From: Mobula hypostoma
Lineage: Eukaryota
Reading direction: 5' to 3'
Assembly (NCBI RefSeq): GCF_963921235.1
Contig: NC_086100.1
Coordinates: forward strand, 21,328,001-21,392,000
Length of the DNA: 64,000 bases
The notes beneath the pieces are model-generated. The model did not search any database. It was not told where the DNA came from and saw only the letters and a list, made by a program, of their open reading frames with translations. The position numbers were made by a program, and so were the translations under genes. Below, piece after piece: positions 11,557 through 23,945 of this stretch (its first letter is position 1; every line of letters begins with the position of its first letter).

Positions 11557-11721
11557 CACAGCCACCACAGAGGGATGAATATTTATCATCATACAGAAGC
11601 TGAGGATAAATAGTGTAAATTGGATCAACTGTCTGTGTGACAACCTGAAGAATGAATACAAGTAATTATTTTATTATGACAGCCTACAGCTTCTCAAGTG
11701 CCTAGAAATTCCTCAATCTCC

Positions 11722-12770
11722 ATCACATCTGCTCTCAGGATGAGGCTTTTCATTCCAGAACTAAGGAGATGTCCTCCTTCTTGAAAGAAAGGGGCTTCCC
11801 TTCCTCCACCATCAACACTGCCGACAACCGCATCTCTTTCATTTCACGCATGTCTGCCCTCACTCCATCCTCTCGTCATCCCACCAGGGAGAGGGTTCCT
11901 CTTGTCCTCACCTACCACCCCAACAGCCTCTGCATCCAGCAAATAATTCTCCATAACCTCCACCACCTCCAACTGGACCCCACCGAGCACATCTTTCCCT
12001 CCTCCCACTTTCTGCTTTCCGTAGGGATTGCTCCCTTGTCTACTCATCCCTCTCACTGATCTCTCTTCTGGCACTTATTCTTGCAAGCGGTACAAGAGCT
12101 ACCCCTGCCCATGCACCTACTTCCTCACTACCGTTCAGGGCTTCAAAGAGTCCTTCAAAGCAAGGTGACTTCACATCTGTGAGTCTGTTGCGGTCTTCTA
12201 CTGTATCCGGTGCTGCCAGTGTGGTCTTCTGTATATTGGTGCCCCTTCACTAAGCAACTACGCTCCATCTGCCAGAGAGTGGGATCTCCCAGTGGCCACC
12301 CATTTTAATTCCACATCCCATTCCCATTATGACATGCCAGTCCATGGAATATTCTACTGTCTTGATGAGGCCTCACTCGGTTTGGAGGAGCAACACCTTT
12401 TATCCCGTCTGGGTATCCTCCAACCTGATGGAATGAACATCGATTTCTTGAACTTCTGGTAATACCCCACCCCCTTCTTCACCATAACCCGTTCCAGTCC
12501 CTCTCTCACCTTATCTCCTTTCCTTCCCATCTCCTCTCTCTGGTGCTCCTCCCCACTTTCTTTCTTCCATTGCCTTCTTTCATCTCCTATCAGATTACTC
12601 CTTCTCCAGCCCTCTATCTTTTACACCAATCAACTTCCCAAATCTTTACCTCTTCCCTTCACACACACCCCCCCCCGCCTCTCCCGGTTTCACCTATCAC
12701 CTTGTGTTTCTTCCTCCCCTCCCCCCACCTTCTGACTCCTCATCTTTTTCTCTCCCGTCTTGATGAAGGT
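11722..12770 (+). mobile_element. Penelope-like element family A: RT thumb, linker and GIY-YIG remnant, 3' UTR and start of pseudo-LTR
   Basis: ORF 11769-12059 has FLKERGFPSSTI..RVPLVLTYHP; about 12178-12240 reads CESVAVFYCIRCCQCGLLYIG; later LPVATHFNS..EEQHL..RLG.LQPDGMN; ends at TCTTGATGAAGG. Confidence 0.9.
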
Positions 12771-13174
12771 ATTACTTTGTGGAACGTGCAAAACATATTC
12801 AAACAATTACCATCATGTCCATAGAAAGTATGAAAATAACATTTATTTATATAGTTTTAAAATGGTAAATCATTTTAATATACCTTGAAAACTTTTAACT
12901 CCTGTCTAAATTTGCAAGTTAATAACAGAACATACCAGAAACACAAACTAAATGTAAATGACTTCCAGAAAAGAAACGGTGAAAGCACATATGAATGGCC
13001 ACACTGTTCAGGTCCATTCTAATTTCTTACTTTTGCAACTGTCTCCCTGCTTCGGTCATCTTGATAACTTCTGAAAATAAGGTGGAACAATCCCAAGAAC
13101 TGAAAGCACCAGAATCGATAATTTCTGTAGATCATGTGTTTATGCATTCAGATACAAGGATTTTCATTGAACTG

Positions 13175-14375
13175 TGACAGACTTCTATTGATGCACAGTG
13201 GAGACTATCCTAACTAGTTGCATCACAGCTGGTGTGAAAAAAAAACAAAGGCCAAGATTGCAAAAGACTACAAAATGATACAAGGAGCACTGCCATAAGA
13301 AAGCAGCATCCATCATCAGGGACTCATCCCCACCCATTAAAGCCATGCCCTCTTCTCACTTCTGCCATCTGGAAGGAGATTCAGGAATATTAATTCCCAC
13401 ACTACCAGGTTCAGGTACAGTTATTACCCATCCATCAGTCTCCTAAACCATAAGACCATAAGACCATAAGACAAAGGAGCAGAAGTAGGCCATTCGGCTC
13501 ATCGAGTCTGCTCCGCCATTTTATCATGAGCTGATCTATTTTTTCCTATTTAGTCCCACTCCCCTGCCTTCTCACCATAACCTTTGATGCCCTGGCTACT
13601 CAGATACCTATCAATCTCTGCCTTAAATACACCCAATGACTTGACCTCCACTGCTGCCCCTGGCAACAAATTCCATAGATTCACCACCCTCTGACTAAAA
13701 AAATTTCTTCGCATTTCTGTTCTGAAAGGGCGCCCTTCAATCCTTAAGTCATGCCCTCTCGTACTAGACTCCCCCATCATGGGAAACAACTTTGCCACAT
13801 CCACTCTGTCCATGCCTTTTAACATTCAAAATGTTTCTATGAGGATTCCCCTCATTCTTCTAAACTCCAAGGAATACAGTCCAAGAGCGGACGAACGTTC
13901 CTCATATGTTAACCCTCTCATTCTCGGAATCATTCTAGTGAATCTTCTCTGTACCCTCTCCAACGTCAGCACATTCTTTCTTAAATAAGGAGACCAAAAC
14001 TGCCCACAGTACTCCAAGTGAGGTCTCACCAGCGCCTTATCGAGCCTCAACATCACATCCCAACCAGTGTGGATAACTTCACTCACCTCATCTCCAAAGT
14101 GATTGCACTAATTATGGAGTCACTCTCAAGGACTCAAAAACCCATGGTGTTAATATTATTTTATTTACTTATTATTAATTATTATTATTTTTTTTGTATT
14201 TGCACAGATTGTCTTGTTTTGCATGTTGGTTAATTGTCAGTGTTTGTATTTAGTGTTTCATTGAAATTATTGTATTTCTTTGTTCTACTGAGAATCACCA
14301 CAAGAAAATGAATCTCAGGGTTGTTTATGGTGATATACATATATGTACTGTATTAATAAATTTACTTCGAAATTT
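13175..14375 (+). mobile_element. Rex1/Babar-like LINE 3' part, interrupted by CR1
   Basis: Homologous to 1080-1650; host reads TCCTAAACCA..CAACCAGTGTGGATAAC across the CR1 insertion. Confidence 0.75.
13447..14060 (-). mobile_element. Young 5'-truncated CR1 LINE
   Basis: ORFs 13550-13825 and 13826-14086 (RPHLEYCGQFWSPY..ERVQRRFTRMIP..FFSQRVVNLWN); (CCATAAGA)3 tail. Confidence 0.92.
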
Positions 14376-14379
14376 ACTT

Positions 14380-14515
14380 TACATCAAAGGGTATGGGGAG
14401 AAGGCAGGGCAGTGGGGATGACTGGACGAATTGGATTAGCCCATTATTGAATGGTGGAGCAGACTCGATGGGCCGAATGGCCTGCTTCTGCTCCTATATC
14501 TTATGCTTTTATGAT
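14380..14515 (+). mobile_element. CR1 3' terminal fragment
   Basis: ATCAAAGGGTATGGGGAGAAGGCAGG..GGCCGAATGGCC..CTGCTCCTATATCTTATG. Confidence 0.8.
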
Positions 14516-16624
14516 CGTAAACCGGGAATATCACTGCATTTGGTGTGAGTTTTTAATAAGAACCAAAAAGAGAGCCAAATCCTTCTGGAAGGCAATGAAA
14601 TTATATAGATAAAACCCTGAAAAGGCTGCCACAGCCAGTATTCAGGAAGGAACTCTGTAAAGAGGGCCAGTGGTGTGAGTTAATATCTAATTGCTGAGAA
14701 GGCTCATGAAGTATAATGGCGACACTTTGCCAAGTCTTATTTAGTGTGCAGGACACTATATTTCAGCTTGTGACAGTTTTAGTTTTATCCTGATCCCTGC
14801 AGGTCAAAATGTCAGCGCTGCTGAAAAGAAGACAAAGAACAGAAGAAGTGAAGTATGTGGAACATGCCGATAAATTAATGTTAAATTATTAAAGCATGAT
14901 TGGAAATATCGTTATTTTTCACAGCTGTCAGTTTAACTATGAAGGCATCAGCACATTGAACTAGTTGCTGCTTTTTCATAATTGAGCCCTTAGCTTCTAG
15001 CTGTGCCCCACAGCCTTTCATTAATCACCAGGACTGAAGTTCAGCCATACAGTGACAGCACTGAATGAGCAAAGTATTTTACAGGTACGATCAGCATTGG
15101 TTTCCAGCACATGATCCTCGACTGAAGCTTTTCCAAATCTGAGTTAAAGGAGAATTAACTAAGCCTTCGTGCTAAGGTCAAACCCTTTACATTACACACT
15201 GATCTCTCCATTTAATTACCGTCAACGTTTCTCAATCGATTCTTGATTCATTAGTAAAAGCACGCTGTGCTTACTTATTCAAACTACCTGGACTGCCAAG
15301 TTTTACATGGGTAAAGAACGTCATTCCGGATTCTTTCCTATTTAATTCAGAGGCATTACGAAGAGGGCAAAGGAAAGGCATTACATTACATAATGTCTTT
15401 ATGGATGTATTTACAGAAGAACATTAAGTGTCAAGATTGAAATGAGTTAAAGAAAACAACTCATGAAAGAATGATTACATTATTGTCATATTTTTCCTCC
15501 CTTGATGTTTGCAAAGAATCTATATAGCAGCTTTATAAGGAGGTGACATCATGATATTTATTCAGTCTACGTGACTGAGCAGAGAAATTGCTGACTGGAG
15601 GATTAAGAATCAGTAGGGAAACAAAATCATTCAGCTGAGAGAATGCCAAATTAGTGATAATGAAATGATGGCTCTGAGGTGACCCCTTGGTTTCTTTCTG
15701 ACCTGACTTGACCTTATCTTCCTTTCTCCCGTTTCCACCAAAGACTAAATTGAATCCAACTTGCATTAGTCAAAATTTAAAGCTTAAATGGTGTCTAATG
15801 ACTCATAGGCCCACAAGAAAGAAAAAAATTGACAGTATCATAAATAAGATTAGAAGTGGCAGAATCGACCATGGCCTCTGAACCTACTGTGATCCAAAAT
15901 AGTTTAAAATTTGTACATTGCCCGATTTAATCTCTAATGAATTGCTATTAGCTTATCAGATGATGGCAAATTCAAGGACATGAAACACTTCATGCCTGAA
16001 TATATTGTACTGTTAAACCAATTAGGTCGAGTTATGTTGATTTTTGAATATATTATTGGATCTGTTGTACCTTTGACCATGTTATTGTTTTACATGATGT
16101 ATTATTGAATTTATTCGCATCTGGTCGCATTGGACAGATGAGTGCCTGGTTACGTTGTACTGTTGAACATTCTGGTGATTAGAAATACTATACAGTTCAG
16201 CATATTGACTCTGAAAATAAAGGATTCGGAATTACAAGCTATAAAAGTGGGATTGAGTCCATTAGTAGCTTTCACCATTCAATCCAATGGGAACATGAAA
16301 GGCCATACAACTGCACAAGCCTCCTCTGTCATTCAGTAAGATTGTGATGTGATTTGGTCTCAGCTTTGTTTTACTGTCTGATCCTCACAATCTTCGATTC
16401 CCTATAAAATGGCTGTCTATTCCAGCTTCACGTGCAGGGCCAAGGGGAAGTTATCACACTTTTATAATGATGAAGATTATCTTTATGGGGTTTATACCTC
16501 TGCTGAGCGTCTAACAAAATAAATAAAATATTACAATATTATCCAGCCTGAGAATGGGTGAGTTTCTCATGAAATAGAATAAAAATATGTTCCCACTGCT
16601 CCCTATTTTGTTTGTACGTTTTTA

Positions 16625-16855
16625 CTGTGGGTTCCCACATTCAAAATGCATATGGGTTAGTAAGGGTTAGTAAGCTGTGGGCATGCTCTGTTGGCATTGG
16701 AAGCATAGCAACACTTGCTGCTGCCCCCTGCACATCCTCGGACTATTTTGGTCATTGACACTAATGATGCATTTCACTGTGTGTTTTGGTGTTCATGCAA
16801 CATGCAAAGCTAATCTTTACCTGTATGTATATGCTTATCTTTATCTATAGACCTT
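16625..16855 (+). mobile_element. SINE 3' half, V-SINE/L2-tail-like, decayed
   Basis: CCCACATTCAAA..GGTTAG..GCATTTCACTGT..AAAGCTAATCTTTA pattern; judged by recognition only. Confidence 0.4.
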
Positions 16856-17384
16856 CCAAAACTGATCCATGTAGCAATTCCTTTGGAATTTCTAGTCCTC
16901 TTTTTAAGATTTTTAGCCAGGATTGCTATGACTGATATCATAAGCATCACCAATGAGATAATTAGAAATTTTATTTTCTCAGAGCCACAATACAGGAAGT
17001 TCTAGCTGATGATGTAACTACCCAAATCTCCTTTCCTCAAAGGTCACAGGAATTCCTGATGACTATACCAATGCCTGATCTACTTGGCGCATTCCCATGA
17101 AGTACACTGGGTTCTTTCCAAAAACATAGATGTTCTTCAGACTCGTTGGTGATTATTATGGCGTGGCAACTCCCATTCCAGCATTCAGTTCCCACTTGTC
17201 CATGAATATTCCCACACAACTCTTGGCACGAGCATTCTGTGCTGAGAAACAAATTTTGCACGCAGATATATTTTTGTGGCTGTTCAAAAACTGCATACAT
17301 AATTTTATGCTTTTGGCCACCAGTGCAATGAGAGATGACAGGATGGTGTTATTGCCAAACAAAAGCTTGTGAAGCAGTGATCAA

Positions 17385-17670
17385 TAGTAGTGGTGTGATC
17401 ATTCACACCAAGTATGATGTTCTCCCATAATGGAGAATAACTGTGCATGACTTAGTTTAGCAAGGGGAGACTAATGCATGGGCAACCAACCAACAGTCTG
17501 ACAGATCAGGCTCAGTGTGCATTGGCATGGAATTTATATTGTATACATTTCTCTGACATGAAATATGCCTACTGAAACCTGTTGAATGCAAGAAGACTGG
17601 GAACCTTTCACCGCTACAGATTTCCTCTGTCTTCACTGCCATTGTGATGTGACATCACCTTCCGCAGCTC
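17385..17670 (-). mobile_element. Non-autonomous RTE-like derivative, copy 2 (partial)
   Basis: TGATGTTCTCC..GGGGAGACTAATGCATGGGCAACC..GACTGGGAACC..TTCCTCTGTCTTCACTGCCATTGTGATGTG aligns with 8465-8740. Confidence 0.6.
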
Positions 17671-18029
17671 CTCCGATGAGGTTGAGACAAATCGAAACAG
17701 AAGATGCTAGAAGTATTTGTGGGGGAAGGGGGAATGGTGTTGATGTTTCAGCTCAGGCAGGGTTCTGATGGAAGATCATTGACCTGAAAGATCAAATCTG
17801 TTTCTTTCTCCACAGATGCTACTTTACCTCTTTGCTGTCTGCATTTTCTACTTCCAACATCTACAGTACTTTGCTTTTGGATAATGAACTGGGTGCTGGT
17901 GTTATTAGGCAGGATGTTTAATTCCCTGATGATTTACTAAAACTTTATTGTTGTGAAACAGGTTTAAACATGCACCATGAATGTCATTTCACACACCTGC
18001 AAAGAGGGGTAACCTCAATGATACGTCTC

Positions 18030-18375
18030 AATTGAGTGGACATGGAGAGGATGTTTCCTATGTCGGGGCAGTCTAAAACAGAGGACACAACCTCAGAATA
18101 GAGGGGTGTTCATTTAGAACAGAGATCAGGAGTAATTTCTTTAGCCAGCGTGGTGAATCAGTAGAATTGGTGGCCACAGGTGGCTGTGGAGATCAAGTCA
18201 TTGGGTATGCTTAAGTCAGAAGCTGATAGATCCCTGATTTGTCAGGGCAAGAAGGGATACAGAGAAAAGGCTGAAGACTGGGGCTGAGAGCGAAAACAGA
18301 TCAGTTATGATGAAATGATGAAGTAGACTCAATGGGCCAAATGGCCTAATTCTGCTCCGATATCTTATGGTCTTG
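18030..18375 (+). mobile_element. CR1 3' fragment
   Basis: GTGGACATGGAGAGGATGTTTCC..AATTTCTTTAGCCAG..CTGCTCCGATATCTTATGGTCTT. Confidence 0.85.
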
Positions 18376-18776
18376 TGAAATAGGGAATCTACTATTGTCA
18401 AAATAGTGCTTTTTGCATTATTCAACATTGTACTTTAGGGTATTGGTGATATTTCTGTCCTCCAGTCCATATTTTTGTTAGTATACCTTTCCCCATCTCT
18501 GGAGACATTAAACTCAAATATTCCACCAAAAATCTCTGATGAGCAAATATCTTTATTGTCACAACAGGCTCAATAACTTGCCATTGAATGTCATTATATT
18601 GTATCCATGGAGAATTCATCTGGATTTCTAGGGCAGTATTTAGCAGAGGAAGGAAGGAAAAATTGGAAAAGGAAACCAGCTTATGTTACATTGTGATTTT
18701 TCCCAGAGCAGGCGATGGAGAACCTCAGAATATATGGATTCCCATCCCACATCACTAAAGGCATACAAGTCATATA

Positions 18777-19446
18777 CAGTACCGTGCAAAAGTCTTAGGC
18801 ACATACTGTATATATAGCTAGAGTTTTGCACAGTACTGTAGTAATTTTATGTATTGCACTGTACTGCTGTCACAAAAGAAAAAAAAACAAATTTCATGAC
18901 ATATGGAAGTGACGATAAACCTGATTCTGATATGGGTCTCTTTTGTGGACTCTCAAATGTACGATTTCTGAATTTAATATGAATCTGTAATTATAGCAAG
19001 TGTGTGTCTCCTTTTTTTGAAAAGAGGGACATGTTCAGTTTTTACTGCAATCAGAATGAAGAGCAAAGGAACTGCAAGCTTTCAGGAGTGACAGTGCAGA
19101 GGTCAATCCTCTGAAGGGGGGCAGGGAGAGGGGAAATCATGCTTGTGAAAAGGGGAAGGGAGCAGGAAGCACCAGAGTGACATACTGTAATAATCAACAA
19201 ACCAATTGTTTGGAATCAAATAATCTTGTCTGGTGTCTCAGGTCTGGGTGTGTGTGCACCTGCACCACCCACCGACCATGTCTGCACTCCTTCTCTGCCA
19301 CCTGTCCCACACCCTTCCGGCAAGCACCACTCTCACCATTCCCAACATCCTTCACTCCTGCCAGATTTACAAGCTTGTTCCCTACTCCACGTTGACAAAC
19401 GCAGTACTGTGCAAAAGCCCTAGCTATAGATATGTGCACAGTACTG
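18777..19446. mobile_element. Composite non-autonomous Tc1/mariner-type element, copy A
   Basis: TA|CAGTACCGTGCAAAAGTCTTAGGCAC ... GTGCACAGTACTG|TA; palindromic end units 18777-18838 and 19402-19446; interior homologous to copy B. Confidence 0.8.
18950..19113 (-). repeat. 164-bp inverted duplicate of 19652-19815
   Basis: Reverse complement aligns end to end with scattered substitutions; absent from composite copy B. Confidence 0.92.
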
Positions 19447-19468
19447 TAACCTAAAGACAGATCGCATG

Positions 19469-19603
19469 ACCATAAGACATAGGAGCAGAATTAGGTCACT
19501 CACCCCATTGAGTCTGCTCTACTATTCTATAATGGCCGATTTATTATCCCCCAACTCTATTCTCCCGCCTTCTCTGCATAACCTCTGACACCCTTCCTAA
19601 ATC
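19469..19603 (-). mobile_element. CR1 3' terminal fragment
   Basis: ACCATAAGACATAGGAGCAGAATTAGG..GAGTCTGCTC. Confidence 0.8.
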
Positions 19604-22454
19604 AAACAGCAACTGCAAAACGGAGAGAACAAAACGCTTACTCACAGATCACAAAGGGTTGACCTCTGCACTGTCACTCCTGAAAGCTTGCAGTTCCTTT
19701 GCTCTTCATTCTGATTGCAACAAAAAGTGAACACATCCCTCTTTTCAAAAAGAAGAGACACACACTTGCCATAATTACAGATTCATATTAAATTCAGAAA
19801 TCAGACATTTGAGAGACACTACTTCCAACAAGTCATTGACCAGCGAGAAGAGAAACATTTTTTTACTTTCTTCTTGTTGGCTGGAAATCCACCTTAGGAA
19901 TGCTAAAAAATACTGCCAGAAAATTTCAGAATTATAACTTCAAATGAATTGACAATATCTAGATTCTAAACTACTTCAGAAAATGAAGAAAAGCAAAGGC
20001 AAAATACAAAGACATTTTTTTATTAATTTACTGATTATTGTCAAATCATATCCTGACATTAGCCTAAACTATTTTATTATTAGGGCAAATATTCAACAAT
20101 AAATCACCCTGAACAATTATGCCCTCATCCTGAGCCTTTTGCTTTCACAATTCTCTTCACTAAACTACTGGTTTCCAAGTTTTTTCCAAACGCATTTTTA
20201 TTTTTCGCCGATTTTATCCCAAGGTGTTGCATGTCAAAATGTAATGGATGTATTGAAACAGCCCTCTTTCAGATAACAAATTATCAACTTCATCGAGGTT
20301 CATTAATTATGTCATCTAATTGGATTGAGGCAGGTGCAAAATACTTTAGACGAAGTGGTCATTGGCAGAGAGGCCTTAGCACAAGTTTTTCTATTAGAAA
20401 CCAGCATGTCTCCAGACTCCTGGAATTACTCTGTACTTATTGATTAATGGCCATAATTTATTACAGTGCAGAGAATCTTGCATTGAGTTAAATGTGCGAT
20501 TAATCAATTTTCCATCAAATTATGAACAGCAGTACTGTTGAAGGAGACAAAACGCCAAGTGAATTTTTCCCATGGCTTTGTGAGCCTAAGGTATGTGGGC
20601 ATCTAGTTTAGAGGAGTTAATGATTGTCTTTCAGTAGTTTAATACTTCCTGCCACACTGATAAATGTCATGACTACAAATAGGCCATAGCCAGTAGTGAT
20701 GGAAAGACCACCGTGCACATGTTTCATAGCTGGCTTCCTCTGATATAAAGACATGCATTCCTTTTTTTTTTAAAAGTCCACTTCGCGACAGTTTATTAAT
20801 GCAAAATACATTGTTGCCTTTAGCTCTCGATATATCATGGTTATGTCAGCAATATTATATTACGTTGATAACTGATCCTTTGAAAGCATTCCTAAGGCGA
20901 CAAAAAGATAGATTTTGATATTTTTTAAAATAACATCTCATTTTTAAGTCCTCTTTAAAGCAGCCGGCTAGATTCATATGTCTTTTGGAATGATAATTTA
21001 AATTTGGTTCCCTCGCACTTTAATTCAGACTAAAACACTTTTTTAAAAATATAATAACTGTTGAATCACTACATCTGTTGTGAATTATAGTTGGCACACC
21101 ATATAAGGGTTATGACATTTCTGCTGTAACCATGTTCTGAAACATTGTGAATATTGCCAATGACACGTTTCTCTCAATTATGGTACTTGTGACTTTTCTG
21201 AACTGCAGCATCTTCATGCAGCCAAATTAAAGCTATATTTGCTTAACATGCTGATCCAACAGTCAAGATGCTTTACCCTGACATTAAATCACTTGAGGTG
21301 TAAATCCCAGGGGAGAGGCACACAGATACAAGTGACTTCAGAGGTTCTGCAGCTACTTATGTGTGACTACACTGTGAGTGAGAGGTGCATGAGGAACAGG
21401 GTGGACATTATATAAAATAAAGTGTGATATTTTTGATTTTTATATCGAATCTCATTTAGTTTTAGTTTTCTTCGCTATCTTATCATGCTTGATAATATCA
21501 GGTATTTTCCATTATTACAAGAATTTTGATAAAGAGATATTTATCTTTCAGTCTCTACATTGTTCCATAAAGCGATATCAATAATGACAGGATAATTCAA
21601 ATTTATGTTAGCATTAAAATTTAATAACATTTACCAGTTCACTGCACTGACACCAATGACCAGTACATTCCACAAACATATGGGACCAATCAGAAATCAA
21701 TTTAAGCATTTTGAAACTGAATTCTTTATTAAAATGCAGGAAAATGTAAATTTCTGCGTGGTTAATGTTTAATGCCAACACAGAGTTTCACTATTGGCTA
21801 AAAAAAAACACAAGATTTTTTTTGTGTTTTATTTTCTTCTTTTATTGGTCAGAATGAGAAGCATCAAGCCCAACACTGACATAACGAGGTAGAGGAGTGA
21901 TGGACTTATATGATCTCACCATAGTACAGGCTAAAGAGAAGATCAGGGTACTGTACTTATTCATACAGAGAAACTGAGTTATTCTGAGCTAGGACCTAGG
22001 AAGAATAACATAATGGGATAAATGTAGAATGAGTTTGAATCGTTGACATTGACACAGTGGGCGAAAGGCCCTGTGTTTGTTTGGTATCTCTCTATGATCC
22101 TATATTTTGAGGTGATTTTATATTAAGCACTTACAGTACTGCACAGAAGTCATAGCCACATATATATAGCTAGGGTGCTTAAGAATTTCACAGTGCTGTA
22201 GTAATTTGATGTATTGCACTGCTCTGCTACCACAAACACAGATTTTGTGACATATGTGAATGATGATGAACATGATTCTGATATGGGCCTCTATTGTGGA
22301 CTGAGAGTGGGATGGGGACAGAAAAGGGGAATCATGGCTGGGAAAAGGGGATGGCAGCAGGAAGCACCAGAGGGACATTCAGTAATGATCCACAAACAAA
22401 TTGTTTGAAATCAAGTGATCTTACCTGGTGTCACAGCCGTGGGTTTTTCTGCAC

Positions 22455-23945
22455 CCATAAGACCATAAAACATAGGAGCAGAATTAGTCCATCTGGCCCA
22501 TCGAGTCTACTCCACCATTCAATCATGGCTGATTCCTTTTTTCAATCTGCTCCTCAACCCCAGTACCCGGCCTTCTCCCCGTAACATTTGATGCCATGTC
22601 CATCAAGAACCTATCAACTTGCCTTAAATATACCCAATGACCTGGCCTCCACAGCTGCATGTGGCAACAAGTTCCACAAATTCACCACCCTTTGGCAAAA
22701 GAAATTTCTCCACATCACTGTTTTGAAAGGGTGCCCCTCCGTCCTGAGGTTGTGCCCTCTTGTCCTAGACTCTCCCATCATGCAAAATATCCTTTCCACA
22801 TCTACACTGTCTAGGCTTTCAACATTCAAAAGGTTTCAATGAGATCCACCCTCATCCTTCTGAATTGCAGTGAGTACAGAACCATAGCCATCAAACGTTC
22901 CTCGTATGATAACCCTTTCATTCCTGGAATCATCCTTGTGAACCTCCTCTGGACCGTCTCCAATGCCAGCACATCTTTTCTAAGATGAGGGGCCCAAAAC
23001 TGTTCACAATACTCAAGGTGAGGCCTCATCAGTGCGTTATAAAGCCTCAGCATCACATCCTTACTCTTGTATTCTAGACTTCTTGAAATGAATGCTAATA
23101 TGGCATTTGTTTTACTCACCACCAGCTCAACCTGCAATTTAACCATCAGGGTGTTCTGCCCAAGGACTCCCAAGTCCCTCTCAATCTCAGATTCCTGGAT
23201 TTTCTCCCTGTTAAGAAAATAGCCTGCACATTTGTTTCTACTAATGCATGACCATGCATTTTCCAACATTGTATTTCACTTGCTACTTTCTTCCCCTTCT
23301 CCTAATCTGACTAAGTCCTTCTGCATCCTACCTGTCTCCTCAACACTACCTGCCCCTCCACCAATCTTCATATCATCTGTAAACTTGGCAACAAAGCCAT
23401 CTATTCCATCATCTTTTTATATAGGCATCTGTTAGTCTCGTGAGACCATGGACTTGCGCCTTGGAAGGTTTCCAGGACGCAAGCCTGGCAAGGTTGAATG
23501 GAAGACCGGCAGTTGTCCATGCTGCAAGTCTCCCCTCTCCACACCACCGATGTTGTCCAAGGGAAGGGCACTGGGGCCAATACAGTTTGGCACCAGTGTC
23601 ATCGCAGAGCAATGTGTGGTTAAGCACCTTGATCAATGACACAACACGCTGCCTCAGCTGAGGCTCGAACTAGGGACCTTCAGATCACTAGACCGACACC
23701 TTAACTACCTGGCCACGCGCCAACACATCTAAATGTTTCCATCATCTAAATCATTTATATACAGAATAAAAATCAGTTGTCCCAACACCGACCCCTGTGG
23801 AACACCACTAATCACTGGAGCTAACCAGAATAGGATCCATTCATTCCCACTCGCTGCCTCCTACCAATCAGCCAATGCTCTAATCATATTAGTAACTTTC
23901 CTATAATACCATGGTCCCTTAACTTGGTAAGCAGCCTCATATGTG
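22455..23945 (-). mobile_element. CR1 LINE, RT to 3' end
   Basis: ORFs 22614-22829 and 22826-23269; CCATAAGACCATAAAACATAGG tail; GVPQGSVLG-coding complement at about 23780-23805. Confidence 0.9.
23415..23726 (-). mobile_element. tRNA-derived SINE inserted in CR1
   Basis: Minus-strand head GGCGCGTGGCCAGGTAGTTAAGG (A box) ..AGTTCGAGCC (B box); flanking direct repeat TTCCATCATCT at 23404-23414 and 23737-23747. Confidence 0.8.

Noticed and set aside
14803-14852. Plus-strand 50-nt exon (CCCTGCAG / GTATGT)
   Set aside because: Isolated, with no recognisable peptide or partner exons; compatible with chance.
17037-17372. Overlapping short ORFs in unique sequence
   Set aside because: No recognisable domain or convincing splice signals; length is within random expectation.
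23640-23726. tRNA genes (also 44140-44224 and 31660-31720)
   Set aside because: A and B boxes are present but there is no full cloverleaf, and each continues into a SINE body.
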